Assembly: GCA_028599125.1 (NCBI GenBank)
Contig: JAQRMX010000013.1
Span: forward strand, 245 to 64,244
From: Alphaproteobacteria bacterium
Lineage (GTDB): Bacteria; Pseudomonadota; Alphaproteobacteria; Rhizobiales; NORP267
Direction: 5' to 3'
Length of the DNA: 64,000 nt
In this document: positions 28,149 through 38,411 of the stretch, piece after piece
Layout of the letters: each line of letters begins with the position of its first letter
Position numbering within the stretch: the stretch's first letter is position 1
Position numbers and translations under genes: made by a program
Notes under the pieces: generated by a model
The model's input: only the letters and a program-made list of their open reading frames with translations
Told to the model about the DNA's origin: nothing
Database searches by the model: none

Positions 28149-29503
28149 GTCTGATTAATTTTTTTATGCAAATTTGTCGATCTTTGGCATGTTTTGTTTT
28201 TTTCTTCTTTTTTTCCTTCGGTTTTTCCTTTGTTCAGGGAGCAGATATTCAGCGAGTGGTGAGCCCGAAGGGGGTTGAAGCCTGGTTGCTTGAAGAGCCT
28301 TCCATTCCTTTGATTTCTGTTTTTTTTGCCTTTGATACCGGGGGCAGTGTAAGTGATCCTGCCGAGCGAAGCGGTGTGGCCAAAATGCTTGCCTCCATGC
28401 TTGTTGAAGGAGCTGGCGATATGGACGGTTTGGCTTTTGGTACTGAATTGGAAAATTTTGCGATTGATCTATCGTTTAATGCGGGCCTTGATCAGTTTTA
28501 TGGCCATATGAAGACATTGACCCGGAATGCAGATAAAGCTTTTCGTCTTCTCGCTCTTGCATTGAATGATCCCCGCTTCGAGACAAAGTCTCTGGAGGAT
28601 GTGCGTTTTTCCTTGTTATCTGATTTAAAGCTTTCAGAGTCAGTTCCTTTTTCGCGTTCTTTAAGATTATGGTTCAAGAATGCATTTGGCGATTCTCCTT
28701 ATGGGCGTTGGTCAGGGGGGACAGCAGATACGCTCTCTGCAATCAGTATTGCTGATCTTCGTGCGGCTCGTAAGCGTATCTTCAGGCGCAGTCAATTGAA
28801 GCTAGGCGTTGTAGGCGATATTGCTCCGGAACGCTTGAAGAGCTATTTAGATCAGGTATTTTCTGGTTTGTCGTCACAGGAGCCTGATAGTAATTTATTT
28901 CCTATCGAGTTAAAATCAGGTCCCTGGCGCGCTTTTTCCAAAATGGAGATTCCTCAGGCGGTTGTTATATTTGGTCATGCTGGCATTTCTGAAAAAGATC
29001 CTGATTATTACGCCGCGCATATTTTAAACACTATTGTTGGGGGCAATCCTTTTATGTCCCGTTTGCATAAAGAGATTCGTGAGAAAAGGGGACTTACCTA
29101 TTCAATTGAAACCAGCATGGAACAGCTGAAATACTCCCCTTTGTTTTTTGGTGTTTTTTCTACTATGAATGAGCGTTTCGATGATGCTATCTCTCTCTTA
29201 CGGACAGAATTGAAGGATATAGCTCGTAATGGGCCGACCAGGGAAGAAGTGCGACTTGCGAAGAATTATTTGAAGGGGAGCTATGTTGTAAAACTGGTTG
29301 GGAGTGACTTTCTTGCGGAGCATTTGGTGGATATGCAGTTATATGGGCGCGGAATTAATTACATGGATAACTACGTTAATTTTATTGATGAGGTTACACA
29401 TGAACAGGTCGTGAAGGTCTCTGCGCGCCTTTTACAGCCAGATCAGCTGATGATATCTATTGTCGGAAATCCCTCTGGTCTTCAGGATGATACTCCTGAT
29501 TGA
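28145..29503 (+). CDS. M16-family peptidase, non-catalytic partner subunit (no HxxEH)
   Basis: M16 architecture with a signal peptide. The zinc motif is absent at the equivalent position. ATGA overlap with the upstream M16 gene suggests a coupled pair. Confidence 0.75.
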   Translation: MSLINFFMQICRSLACFVFFFFFSFGFSFVQGADIQRVVSPKGVEAWLLEEPSIPLISVFFAFDTGGSVSDPAERSGVAKMLASMLVEGAGDMDGLAFGTELENFAIDLSFNAGLDQFYGHMKTLTRNADKAFRLLALALNDPRFETKSLEDVRFSLLSDLKLSESVPFSRSLRLWFKNAFGDSPYGRWSGGTADTLSAISIADLRAARKRIFRRSQLKLGVVGDIAPERLKSYLDQVFSGLSSQEPDSNLFPIELKSGPWRAFSKMEIPQAVVIFGHAGISEKDPDYYAAHILNTIVGGNPFMSRLHKEIREKRGLTYSIETSMEQLKYSPLFFGVFSTMNERFDDAISLLRTELKDIARNGPTREEVRLAKNYLKGSYVVKLVGSDFLAEHLVDMQLYGRGINYMDNYVNFIDEVTHEQVVKVSARLLQPDQLMISIVGNPSGLQDDTPD

Positions 29504-29706
29504 GTCCGGTAGGAAGGTTTGGTTTCATGATCAGGCTTGTGGAAAAGTGAATATGTATCCGATTCTCATTTTTTGAGTTCTTTCTTTTTTATTTTTTATG
29601 TTTTTATTAGGACATCTTATTTCTTTTTGCTTTGTGAAGGGCTGCCTCCATTAAGGAGTCTCTGTTTTCTGGCGGATTTTTCTGCATCTTTACTGAAGGA
29701 GATAGC

Positions 29707-31563
29707 ATGGCTGTCAGGCAATTGAAGGAATTAACAATCAACCGGATTGCTGCCGGTGAAGTCATTGAACGTCCAGCTGCTGTTGTAAAAGAATTGGTTG
29801 AAAATGCCCTTGATGCAGGAGCAAAGAGTATTGATATCCTTGTATCTGATGGTGGGCGTCGGCTAATTCAAGTTTGTGATGATGGTTGTGGTATGGATCA
29901 ATTTGATTTGGCCTTATGTGTTGATCGTCATGCGACATCAAAGCTACAAGATGATAATTTGTTGCAGATAAAGACTCTTGGGTTTCGTGGTGAAGCTCTT
30001 CCTTCCATTGGTGCTGCTGCAGAATTGGTTATTGCTTCACGCGCACAAGGGGCTTCCGGGGCTTGGGAAATTCGTGTAGATGGTTCGGTTAAATCATCCT
30101 TAAGGCCCTCATCTTTGGCCACAGGTACACAAATTGATGTCCATAATCTTTTTTCACGGACCCCTGCGCGTCTGAAATTTCTTAAATCTGATCAATCTGA
30201 GAACAGGGCTATAGGGGAGATGGTTCGCCGTTTGGCTATGGCCTTTCCGTCTGTGAGCTTCAAGCTTTCTACCGGTACACGAGAGCCTCTTAATCTACGG
30301 TTGGCTTCTGTTGATATGGATGATGAGTCTATTTTACTTAAGCGCCTTTCACTCATTATGGGCCAGGATTTTGCTGATAATGCGCTTCCTATCAAAAAAG
30401 AACGAGAGGGAATACATCTGAGCGGTTATGCAGGTTTGCCTACGTTGCATCGCGCAAATGCACAGATGCAGTATTTATTTGTGAATGGGCGTCCTGTTCG
30501 GGACAAGTTAATACAGGGCGCTGTTCGTGCTGCTTATTCTGATGTTCTGGCTCGTGATCGCCATCCTTTACTTGCTTTGTTTTTGTCACTTGATCCTCAA
30601 CGTGTTGATGTCAATGTGCATCCTGCAAAGATAGAGGTCCGCTTTCGTGAAGGGGGATTGGTGCGAGGAGTGATTATTTCTGCTTTGAAACAGGTGATTG
30701 CAAGTGGACAGCACCGGGCTTCCAGTACGGTTGGGACGGATACTATTTCATCTTTCCGTTCTTCCTCTTCTTTGTCGTCGGCTCACAAATCTGTCCGACG
30801 AAAGCCATTGGCCTTTCGGGATGGCTTTGAAGATATGCATTCCTTTTATGCTGTTGACCTGTTCGCCTCTTCAGAATCTTCTGATCCTGTTTCAGGAGAT
30901 AGCAATGGCACTTCAGATTCACATTTTTATGTACCGTCTGAGTCACAGGCATCGATAGAATCCATTGATAATAGTATTTTTGATAAGCCCTTAGGGGTTG
31001 CACGCACGCAATTGCACGAGAATTATATTGTTTCACAGACGCGCGATGGTCTGATCATCGTTGATCAACATGCAGCGCATGAACGCCTGACATATGAGCG
31101 TCTTAAAAGTCAGATGGCGGCGGGGGTGATTCAACGGCAAGGGCTTCTTTCCCCTGAAATTGTTTCACTTGATCCGGATGCTGTTGCATGTTTGGTTGAA
31201 CGGGAGAGCGAATTGGCTGAATTTGGTCTTGTGCTTGATTCTTTTGGACCGGATGCGGTCGCGGTTCGGGAGATTCCTGCGGCTCTGGGCGCTATGGCTG
31301 TTGCCAATCTGGTGCGTGATATTGCCGATGATCTTGCTGATATGGACATGACGATACGTTTGAAGGAACGTCTTGATCATATAGCGTCCACGATGGCCTG
31401 TTATGGGAGTGTGAGATCTGGTCGTCGCCTCAAGGATTCTGAAATGAATGCCCTTTTACGGCAAATGGAGGCAACGCCCTTTTCGGGCCAGTGCAATCAT
31501 GGCCGCCCGACCTATGTTGAGCTGAAGCTGAAGGATATTGAACGTCTTTTCGGGCGTCGTTAA
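29707..31563 (+). CDS. mutL: DNA mismatch repair protein MutL
   Basis: GHKL ATPase blocks NRIAAGEVIERPAAVVKELVENALDAGA, DDGCGM and GFRGEALPSI. The C-terminal dimerisation/endonuclease domain contains DQHAAHER. Confidence 0.95.
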   Translation: MAVRQLKELTINRIAAGEVIERPAAVVKELVENALDAGAKSIDILVSDGGRRLIQVCDDGCGMDQFDLALCVDRHATSKLQDDNLLQIKTLGFRGEALPSIGAAAELVIASRAQGASGAWEIRVDGSVKSSLRPSSLATGTQIDVHNLFSRTPARLKFLKSDQSENRAIGEMVRRLAMAFPSVSFKLSTGTREPLNLRLASVDMDDESILLKRLSLIMGQDFADNALPIKKEREGIHLSGYAGLPTLHRANAQMQYLFVNGRPVRDKLIQGAVRAAYSDVLARDRHPLLALFLSLDPQRVDVNVHPAKIEVRFREGGLVRGVIISALKQVIASGQHRASSTVGTDTISSFRSSSSLSSAHKSVRRKPLAFRDGFEDMHSFYAVDLFASSESSDPVSGDSNGTSDSHFYVPSESQASIESIDNSIFDKPLGVARTQLHENYIVSQTRDGLIIVDQHAAHERLTYERLKSQMAAGVIQRQGLLSPEIVSLDPDAVACLVERESELAEFGLVLDSFGPDAVAVREIPAALGAMAVANLVRDIADDLADMDMTIRLKERLDHIASTMACYGSVRSGRRLKDSEMNALLRQMEATPFSGQCNHGRPTYVELKLKDIERLFGRR

Positions 31564-31612
31564 AGCAGGGGTCATCAAATTTTTGATACAAAAGAGCCCT
31601 TATTTTCCTGAT

Positions 31613-32191
31613 TTATTTCAATTTTTCTCCTTCCCATTTCAGGAACAGGATCTGAGTTTTTCGGTAAATACGTTGGTCCATTTTTTTAAATCCTTCTGGA
31701 ATGGAGATAGAGGCGTCCTGATGATCTTCCAGGATGCAGATGGCCCCTGTGACGAGCCATCCTCCTTTTGCTGCGGCTTCTAGAGCAGTTTGTGAGAGTC
31801 CCTGATTATAGGGCGGATCCGCAAATAGGAGGGTGAAGGGTTCAATGGTTGCAGGACCGAGCCGGGTTGCATCACGGCGTAGAATAGCAGTTTGTTTGCT
31901 GAGTTTTAACGTGTGGATGTTTTTTCGGATCGTGTCATAGGCCTGTGATTTTTTTTCTACAAAGAGGCAATAGAGAGCTCCTCTTGACAAAGCCTCAAAT
32001 CCCAAAGCTCCTGTCCCGGAAAACAGATCAAGGACGCGAGCTTTGTAGAGGTTTTTTCCATCATTCTTATGAAGCAGGATATTGAATATTGACTCACGTA
32101 GCCGGTTACTGGAAGGTCTTATGAAAGAGTCTTTTATCCTCGGTAAGGTTAGTTTTGTCCCTTTGAAAGATCCTCCAATAATGCGGATCAT
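31613..32191 (-). CDS. rsmD: 16S rRNA (guanine966-N2)-methyltransferase RsmD
   Basis: [18 protein letters not shown] (SAM site) and FADPPY. 4-nt overlap with the rluB stop. Confidence 0.85.
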   Translation of the reverse strand: MIRIIGGSFKGTKLTLPRIKDSFIRPSSNRLRESIFNILLHKNDGKNLYKARVLDLFSGTGALGFEALSRGALYCLFVEKKSQAYDTIRKNIHTLKLSKQTAILRRDATRLGPATIEPFTLLFADPPYNQGLSQTALEAAAKGGWLVTGAICILEDHQDASISIPEGFKKMDQRIYRKTQILFLKWEGEKLK

Positions 32192-33096
32192 TTTTTTCGT
32201 CCCTGTTTTTTCTGTTTTCTTTTTTCAGGGCGCGTCTCTGCGCTTTCATTTCTGATGATCTTACCCATTGCGATGAGTTCCTTTCCGAGTTTTTTGCACA
32301 AGTTGTCCGTTTCGACTTCCTCTGCTGTTCCGGCTGTGAGCGTACCGAGAAGGAAGGGTCCGTAAGCGATCCGGATAAGCCTGTTTACTTTCAGAGAAAA
32401 ATGTTCAAGTATAATCTTGATTTCACGATTTTTACCTTCGCTCAATGTCATCATTATCCATATATTGCTCTCTTTTTTCAGCTCAATGGTTGCAAGAATC
32501 GGCTTGTAGCGGATGCCGTTTATGGTAATCCCTGCGCGCAGGGTATCGAGTTTCGTTTGGGCAATATCACCGAAAGCACGGACTCTGTATTGACGCTGCC
32601 ATCCCGTTGATGGTTTTTCAAGAATGCCTGCCAGATCACCATCGTTTGTGAGAAGCATCAGGCCTTCTGTGTTTATATCGAGCCGGCCGACAGAAATGAC
32701 GCGCGGCAAATTTTTTGGCAGCTGTTCGAAAAGCGTATTTCGTCCTTCCGGATCACTGTGGGTAGTAATGACCCCTCTGGGTTTATGGTAGCACCACAAG
32801 CGGGTATGAGGGCGTGGGGGGAGTTCTTTCTCATCAACGAGGACGCGGTCTTCTGGTTGGATATTGATAGCCGGGTTTGTCGAGATGGTGCCGTTTACGG
32901 AAACACGTCCTGTTGTGATCCATCGCTCTGCTTCACGTCGTGAACATAGTCCGGCATGTGCGATGGCTTTAGCAATCCGTTTCGGTAGCTGGTTTGTTTC
33001 TATGAAGTAGTGCGGGAGATTTTTTTTTGATTCATGATTATTTTTTTCAAGGTTGAAAGATTTTTTTTTACGTGAATTATGATTTTTCAGGGGCAT
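32188..33096 (-). CDS. rluB: 23S rRNA pseudouridine synthase, RluB/RsuA family
   Basis: S4 domain ([24 protein letters not shown]), catalytic [18 protein letters not shown], and basic N- and C-termini. Confidence 0.85.
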   Translation of the reverse strand: MPLKNHNSRKKKSFNLEKNNHESKKNLPHYFIETNQLPKRIAKAIAHAGLCSRREAERWITTGRVSVNGTISTNPAINIQPEDRVLVDEKELPPRPHTRLWCYHKPRGVITTHSDPEGRNTLFEQLPKNLPRVISVGRLDINTEGLMLLTNDGDLAGILEKPSTGWQRQYRVRAFGDIAQTKLDTLRAGITINGIRYKPILATIELKKESNIWIMMTLSEGKNREIKIILEHFSLKVNRLIRIAYGPFLLGTLTAGTAEEVETDNLCKKLGKELIAMGKIIRNESAETRPEKRKQKKQGRKK

Positions 33097-33147
33097 GATT
33101 CATTCAGTCTTCGGTTTATTGAGATATTTTGGGATGACATCTGAAGA

Positions 33148-33639
33148 ATGAAAGAGAGAATTTCAGAAGAAAGTGATGAGAGCAAGTCCTTTGGGCATTC
33201 GTTACCTATGCAGGCTGCTCTGGTGTGTGCTAGGAAGGCTGCGGAAAGGAATGAGGTTCCTGTTGGATGTGTGATTACTAGCCCCTCCGGCATAATTATC
33301 GCTCAGTCACATAACGAGGTTTTGGAGCGTAAAGATCCTACTGCTCATGCAGAAATTCTGGCTTTGCGAGCCGCATCTTTAAAACGAAGATCGGAACGAT
33401 TAACAGGTTGTGATCTGTATGTGACACTTGAGCCTTGTACTATGTGTGCTGCGGCTATTTCACTTTCTAGAATCCGGCGTGTTTACTTCGGTGCGAGTGA
33501 TCCGAAATGCGGAGCGATTGAAAGTGGCATTCGTTTTTTTCAAAGCCCGTGCTGTTTCCATGCACCTGCTGTTTATGGTGGTTTTGGGGAACGTGAAGCC
33601 TGTTCTTTGCTGAAGCGTTTTTTTTCTGTGCGTCGCTGA
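33148..33639 (+). CDS. tadA: tRNA adenosine(34) deaminase
   Basis: HAEILALR and LEPCTMCAAAI (CDA zinc motifs). Confidence 0.9.
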   Translation: MKERISEESDESKSFGHSLPMQAALVCARKAAERNEVPVGCVITSPSGIIIAQSHNEVLERKDPTAHAEILALRAASLKRRSERLTGCDLYVTLEPCTMCAAAISLSRIRRVYFGASDPKCGAIESGIRFFQSPCCFHAPAVYGGFGEREACSLLKRFFSVRR

Positions 33640-33659
33640 GAAGTTGACCTTTTTGTTTT

Positions 33660-34952
33660 TTATTTTTTGCTATTTTGTTGTGCAAAGAGTTGGGTTTCTC
33701 GTTCGACGGCCCGCCATCCAATATCTTTGCGATAAAAACTGCCCGGCCATTTGATCTGATTAACGGCCGCATAGGCGCGTTCTCTGGCTTCAGTGACGGT
33801 TGCCCCTTTTGCCGTTACGTTGAGTACGCGTCCTCCTGCTGCCACTATAGTCTCTCCTTTCATATCTGTTCCGGCATGAAATATCTTGACGCCTTCTGTT
33901 TGTGATGCGGCTTCTAACCCTTTGATTTCTCTGCCACTTTTGTATGATGCCGGATATCCCTCATTGACCATTACGACCGTGAGTGCGACGTGTTCATCCC
34001 ATGTAACGTTATATTTTTCAAGTTTTTCTTCTGCGGCAGCCAATAACAGCTCAAGCAGATCAGACTTGAGACGGATCATGATGGCCTGGCATTCCGGATC
34101 ACCGAAACGCGCGTTATATTCAATCAGCTTTGGCCCCTGTTCTGTAATCATTAATCCTGCATATAAAAGACCTCTGAAGGGCGTTCCAATTTCATCCATA
34201 GCGTTGATTGTAGGCGTTATGATTTCATTGATGACCCTTTGAGTCATTTTGTTATCCAGAACATATGCTGGCGAATAAGCTCCCATGCCGCCTGTATTGG
34301 GCCCCTGATCACCATCAAGAAGCTGTTTGTGGTCCTGTGCGGTACCAAGCGGCATGATGGTCCTGCCGTCTGTGAGAATGAAGAGACTTGCTTCTTCGCC
34401 CTCAAGATAGTTTTCGATAATGATTTCTTCTGAATTTTGAGCAAAGAGGGTCTGAGCGGCCTCACATGCGTCCCTAACATTTGTAGCGACAACTACGCCT
34501 TTTCCTGCAGCAATTCCGTCTGTTTTTACGACGATAGGAGGAATTTTCTGTTCAATGTAACTGATAGCGCTCTTAAGGTCTGTAAAGCGTCGGTAAGGGG
34601 CCGTAGGAATATTGTATTTTTGGCATAAATCCTTTGTAAATCCCTTTGATCCTTCAAGGCGTGAGGCGGATGCGGAAGGACCAAAAGCTTTGATACCTTC
34701 ATTTTTAAGCACATCTGCAAGGCCGGCGATCAGAGGAATTTCTGGTCCAATGATAACAAACTCAATTCTTTCTTTACGACAAAGCTCAACGATAGCAGCG
34801 TTATCTGTTATATTGATAGGGCGGCAGATTCCCAAGTCTGCCATACCCGGGTTGCCTGGGGCACAAACGAGCCGTGTGGATGTGGGATTTTTAGAAATAG
34901 CCCAGGCAAGTGCGTGTTCACGTCCTCCAGATCCAAGGATAAGAATGTTCAT
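33660..34952 (-). CDS. purD: phosphoribosylamine--glycine ligase
   Basis: MNILILGSGGREHALAW N-terminus and an ATP-grasp core. The track ORF extends 49 codons further to 35099. ATG 34952 gives the canonical 430 aa. Confidence 0.93.
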   Translation of the reverse strand: MNILILGSGGREHALAWAISKNPTSTRLVCAPGNPGMADLGICRPINITDNAAIVELCRKERIEFVIIGPEIPLIAGLADVLKNEGIKAFGPSASASRLEGSKGFTKDLCQKYNIPTAPYRRFTDLKSAISYIEQKIPPIVVKTDGIAAGKGVVVATNVRDACEAAQTLFAQNSEEIIIENYLEGEEASLFILTDGRTIMPLGTAQDHKQLLDGDQGPNTGGMGAYSPAYVLDNKMTQRVINEIITPTINAMDEIGTPFRGLLYAGLMITEQGPKLIEYNARFGDPECQAIMIRLKSDLLELLLAAAEEKLEKYNVTWDEHVALTVVMVNEGYPASYKSGREIKGLEAASQTEGVKIFHAGTDMKGETIVAAGGRVLNVTAKGATVTEARERAYAAVNQIKWPGSFYRKDIGWRAVERETQLFAQQNSKK

Positions 34953-35168
34953 AGATGATTTGATTTTCGTATTGACATGAGGCTTTGTTTCCTGCTGTTC
35001 CCGAAATGCTGTGTGCTTTGCCTTGACAGAAGTGAATGGCATTTTAACATTCTCTGATGTCTGTGCAAATCCCTTGTTTCCCGTTTTAGGAATCTCCATG
35101 CGTTTTGATGTATATCAGTGTGTTTAAATGAAGAGAAAATATTGACTGAATTGAACATAAGCAAGGAA

Positions 35169-36641
35169 ATGGTAGCGCAAAACATGAGATGTTTGACGCA
35201 GGATTCTGCTGAATTTACGGTTGACGAAATTACACAACGTATCAAACAATTTGTTGAGGGAGAATTTTCCTGTTTACGAATACGTGGCGAGATTTCAGGT
35301 TATCGCGGTCCTCATTCTTCCGGTCATTGTTATTTTGCGCTGAAGGACAAGAACGCGAAGCTTGATGCAATTATTTGGCGCGGCATTTTCAGTAAACTAC
35401 GCTTCAAGCCCGAGGAAGGGGTTGAGGTTGTTGCAACGGGTCGTCTGACGACCTACCCTGCGAGGAGTAGCTACCAGATTGTCATTGATGCTTTGGAACC
35501 TGCTGGCGAAGGTGCTCTTATGGCTATGCTTGAAGAGCGTAAGCGCGTTCTTAGGGCGGCAGGTTTTTTTTCAGAGGAGCGAAAGCAGCGCCTCCCTTTT
35601 CTTCCGCGGATTATTGGCGTGATTACTTCGCCGACGGGAGCTGTGATTCAGGATATTCTAAATCGTCTAGAAGAGCGCTTTCCGTGTCATGTTCTGATCT
35701 GGCCTGTTCGCGTTCAGGGGGAGTGCTGCGGTGAGGAGGTTGCTGAGGCGATTTATGGACTGAACCATCTTCCTCCTTCTGTTTCTGAGACACCTGACGT
35801 AATCATTGTCGCGCGGGGAGGAGGGTCTATTGAAGAATTATGGGGATTTAATGAAGAAATTGTTGTACGGGCCGTTGCAGATAGTTTTATTCCTGTAATT
35901 TCTGCCGTGGGTCATGAAACTGATTGGACGCTGATTGATTTGGTTTCTGATTGCCGTGTCTCGACGCCGACAGCGGCAGCAGAGATAGCGACACCTGTGC
36001 GTGTTGAACTTCTTTCAAAGCTTGAGGTTCTTTCCGGACGGTGCGGTCTTTCTGTGTCTCGGTGTATGGATTTTCATCGGCTAAAGGCGAGTGCCGTTAT
36101 GTATGCGCGCATTTCTGCGGCTGATATTCTGGCGTTACCACGGCAACGTCTTGATCTAGTGCACAGTGAATTGGTGGATGGTTTACAATCTGTTGTTCGC
36201 GCTCATATATCCCGTTTTCATCATGTTGCTCCTCGTTTGATATCCCTGATTTTATGTCAGCGCATTGTGCAAGATCGTCAAAAAGTGGTTAATATTTCTC
36301 AACGCATGTCGTATGCTGTCAAAAGCTTCGGGGTTATGCGGAAGCAGGCTTTGTCTGTAACTGGAAAGTTTTTAGAGTCTCTGGGGTATCAGAGCATTTT
36401 GAAACGTGGTTATACTTTACTGTATGATAGCAAGGGAATACTGGTCAGGTCTGTTACGTCTGTTGCTACCGGTGATGTTTTGAAAATCAGGTTGGATGAT
36501 GGTTTTGTTGCCGTCATTGCTGAGTCGAGCTTTTTTTCTGGTCCTGAACAACTGAGCGGTGAGAAGAAGAAACTCTCACCTGAAGAGAAAGGGACTGTTT
36601 CTTCACCTGATCCGTTTCATGAACAAGGTCGTTTGTTGTAG
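35169..36641 (+). CDS. xseA: exodeoxyribonuclease VII large subunit
   Basis: OB-fold N-terminus (FTVDEITQRIKQFVEGEF..RIRGEIS) and the catalytic block ARGGGSIEELWGFNEE. The start is uncertain: 35118, 35169 or 35184. Confidence 0.88.
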   Translation: MVAQNMRCLTQDSAEFTVDEITQRIKQFVEGEFSCLRIRGEISGYRGPHSSGHCYFALKDKNAKLDAIIWRGIFSKLRFKPEEGVEVVATGRLTTYPARSSYQIVIDALEPAGEGALMAMLEERKRVLRAAGFFSEERKQRLPFLPRIIGVITSPTGAVIQDILNRLEERFPCHVLIWPVRVQGECCGEEVAEAIYGLNHLPPSVSETPDVIIVARGGGSIEELWGFNEEIVVRAVADSFIPVISAVGHETDWTLIDLVSDCRVSTPTAAAEIATPVRVELLSKLEVLSGRCGLSVSRCMDFHRLKASAVMYARISAADILALPRQRLDLVHSELVDGLQSVVRAHISRFHHVAPRLISLILCQRIVQDRQKVVNISQRMSYAVKSFGVMRKQALSVTGKFLESLGYQSILKRGYTLLYDSKGILVRSVTSVATGDVLKIRLDDGFVAVIAESSFFSGPEQLSGEKKKLSPEEKGTVSSPDPFHEQGRLL

Positions 36642-36877
36642 TGGATATGGTGATTCCTGAAGCAGGCGGGCCGAAATGAAAAGGTTATGTCATTCTGTTT
36701 TTTTGAACGGAGCTGACCGTCCCTTTCAGGATTGGTATCCCGGACGAAGGAATTTCATTTTTTCTTTTTTGTTTAATGCTTTATTTTTAGTCGCTCTATT
36801 TTTATATGAAGTGATTTTTTGTAATCATTCCCTTTTTTGCGTGCCAGGGGAGGGGGGGTGTGGCAAGTGGAAGATAG

Positions 36878-37126
36878 GTGAGGATAAGTGAGGAGGCTGA
36901 GATTTTGAAAAGAGCTGTTTTGCGTTATCTGAATGGCGATTTTGTTGTGCTTGAGGAGGGCGATTATGTGGTTTGTGCCCTGACCGGCCATGTTATCCCC
37001 CTTTATAATCTTTGTTACTGGAGTGTTGAATTACAAGAACCTTACGCAACAGCGGCGGCTTCTTTTGCCCGTTATTGCGAAAGCCGTATAGCTGGGGTTG
37101 TGTCCTTTGAGGAAAAAGAGAGATGA
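36878..37126 (+). CDS. small conserved alphaproteobacterial protein (DUF2093-like, from memory)
   Basis: LRYLNGDFVVLEEGDYVVCALTGHVIPLYNLCYWSVELQEPY matches my recollection of the DUF2093 core. Not verified by search. Confidence 0.6.
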   Translation: MRISEEAEILKRAVLRYLNGDFVVLEEGDYVVCALTGHVIPLYNLCYWSVELQEPYATAAASFARYCESRIAGVVSFEEKER

Positions 37127-37190
37127 TAATTCTAAAACTTTACGAGGCTTGACTTGCAAAAGAAAACAGAGGTTGATGCTTTAATACGGA

Positions 37191-37505
37191 TTACGAATGT
37201 ATTTCTGACTCTTTTTCCTCTTTTTCCTCTTTTTGTTCTGGTTCTGGTTCTGGTTCCGGTTCAAGAAGGTGGTGTATATGCAGGATGAAGTAACGTGTGT
37301 GAGCGCTATCAACGGTTGATTGAGCTGCTGATTTCCATGCACTGTAAGCTGTTGCGTAATCAGGGAATAAGCCGACAATATCAAGCTTGCTTACATCACG
37401 GAAGTCAATAGCGCTTCCTGGTTTTTTGAGTTCTCCTCCAAAAACCAGATGCAGGCGTTGTTGGGGGGGCATCTTTTTGTTCATTTTCTCGTTCTCCTGC
37501 TTCAT
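37191..37505 (-). CDS. small conserved alphaproteobacterial protein (DUF4170-like, from memory) with an acidic repeat tail
   Basis: LHLVFGGELKKPG...DIVGLFPDYATAYSAWKSAAQSTVDSAHTRYFILHIHHLL core, then the EPEPEPEPEQKEEKEEKE tail. Confidence 0.6.
   Translation of the reverse strand: MKQENEKMNKKMPPQQRLHLVFGGELKKPGSAIDFRDVSKLDIVGLFPDYATAYSAWKSAAQSTVDSAHTRYFILHIHHLLEPEPEPEPEQKEEKEEKESEIHS
37209..37262. repeat. in-frame microsatellites: 9 bp x3 (CTCTTTTTC) followed by 6 bp x4.5 (TTCTGG)
   Basis: Read directly from the sequence. On the minus strand they encode the EKEEKEEKE and EPEPEPEP tail of the 37191-37505 gene. Confidence 0.9.
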
Positions 37506-37817
37506 TTATTTCTATCTGGTTCCTTTTGAGGGATTTTTTCATTTGAATTTAGTTTCCTTTAATCTTTTAAAGCTTTTTTCTACGATTATGCCTTTATATT
37601 TTTTTAAGAGAAGATGATGAGCAATCGCTGATTGCCGATACGCTATGCTCTGAGATATGTGCTCTTTTTTTCATGCTTTACCTGATGTTTAACAAAAAAT
37701 GATATTTCACGGTATTTTGTAACGTCTTGTTTAGTTTGTTTATTAAGCTGATAAAAATTCTTTTATTGTATTTTTTTAGGATTGTTGAAGGCAATTTTTA
37801 TTGCATAGATGTGAGGA

Positions 37818-38390
37818 ATGCTTATGGCAGGCCAAGAAACCGGTATCGATTCTTATGAAAGAATTTCTTCTGTTCTTGAGAAGGTGGATAATCCTGATCC
37901 TGGTGTATTGCCTGCTGAAATTAATCTTCCCTATTATGGGATGATCGCAAGAATCAAAAAGAGTTCAGTCGCCTTTACTGATAATAATGAAGCTGAAAAG
38001 ACACTTTTTTATGTTCCTGTTCGCTATTATCGTGGTATTATGCTGACGACACTGACGACCTGTAATGATATAGAACCGCTTGCGTTCATTGTGAACCTTT
38101 ATCACGATGATGAACGACTGAATGTTCCTTTGTGTGTAACCTTTGATATAAAGGAGGGACAACGATATTGGGAGGAGTGGGGTGCCGCTCTGGAATGTCC
38201 TCTCATTGTTCATGGATTTTCTGATGACCCTGTTGATTTTGATCAGGAGATTTTTTCTCCCTTATACGGGTATTGTGATCTTCAAGAAGATGAGCCTCCA
38301 CGTGCGATGATCATTGCATCTTGTATCCCTGGTCAGTTTCGTATGCCAGGCTTGCAATATAGCGGATGGGACCTTGTTGCCTGGGATTGA
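37818..38390 (+). CDS. hypothetical protein, 190 aa (possibly a conserved alphaproteobacterial DUF; not recognised with confidence)
   Basis: Long ORF with GAGGA immediately upstream and coding-like composition. No motif I can name. Confidence 0.5.
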   Translation: MLMAGQETGIDSYERISSVLEKVDNPDPGVLPAEINLPYYGMIARIKKSSVAFTDNNEAEKTLFYVPVRYYRGIMLTTLTTCNDIEPLAFIVNLYHDDERLNVPLCVTFDIKEGQRYWEEWGAALECPLIVHGFSDDPVDFDQEIFSPLYGYCDLQEDEPPRAMIIASCIPGQFRMPGLQYSGWDLVAWD

Positions 38391-38411
38391 TTTTTAGGTC
38401 CTTTCTTTCTG

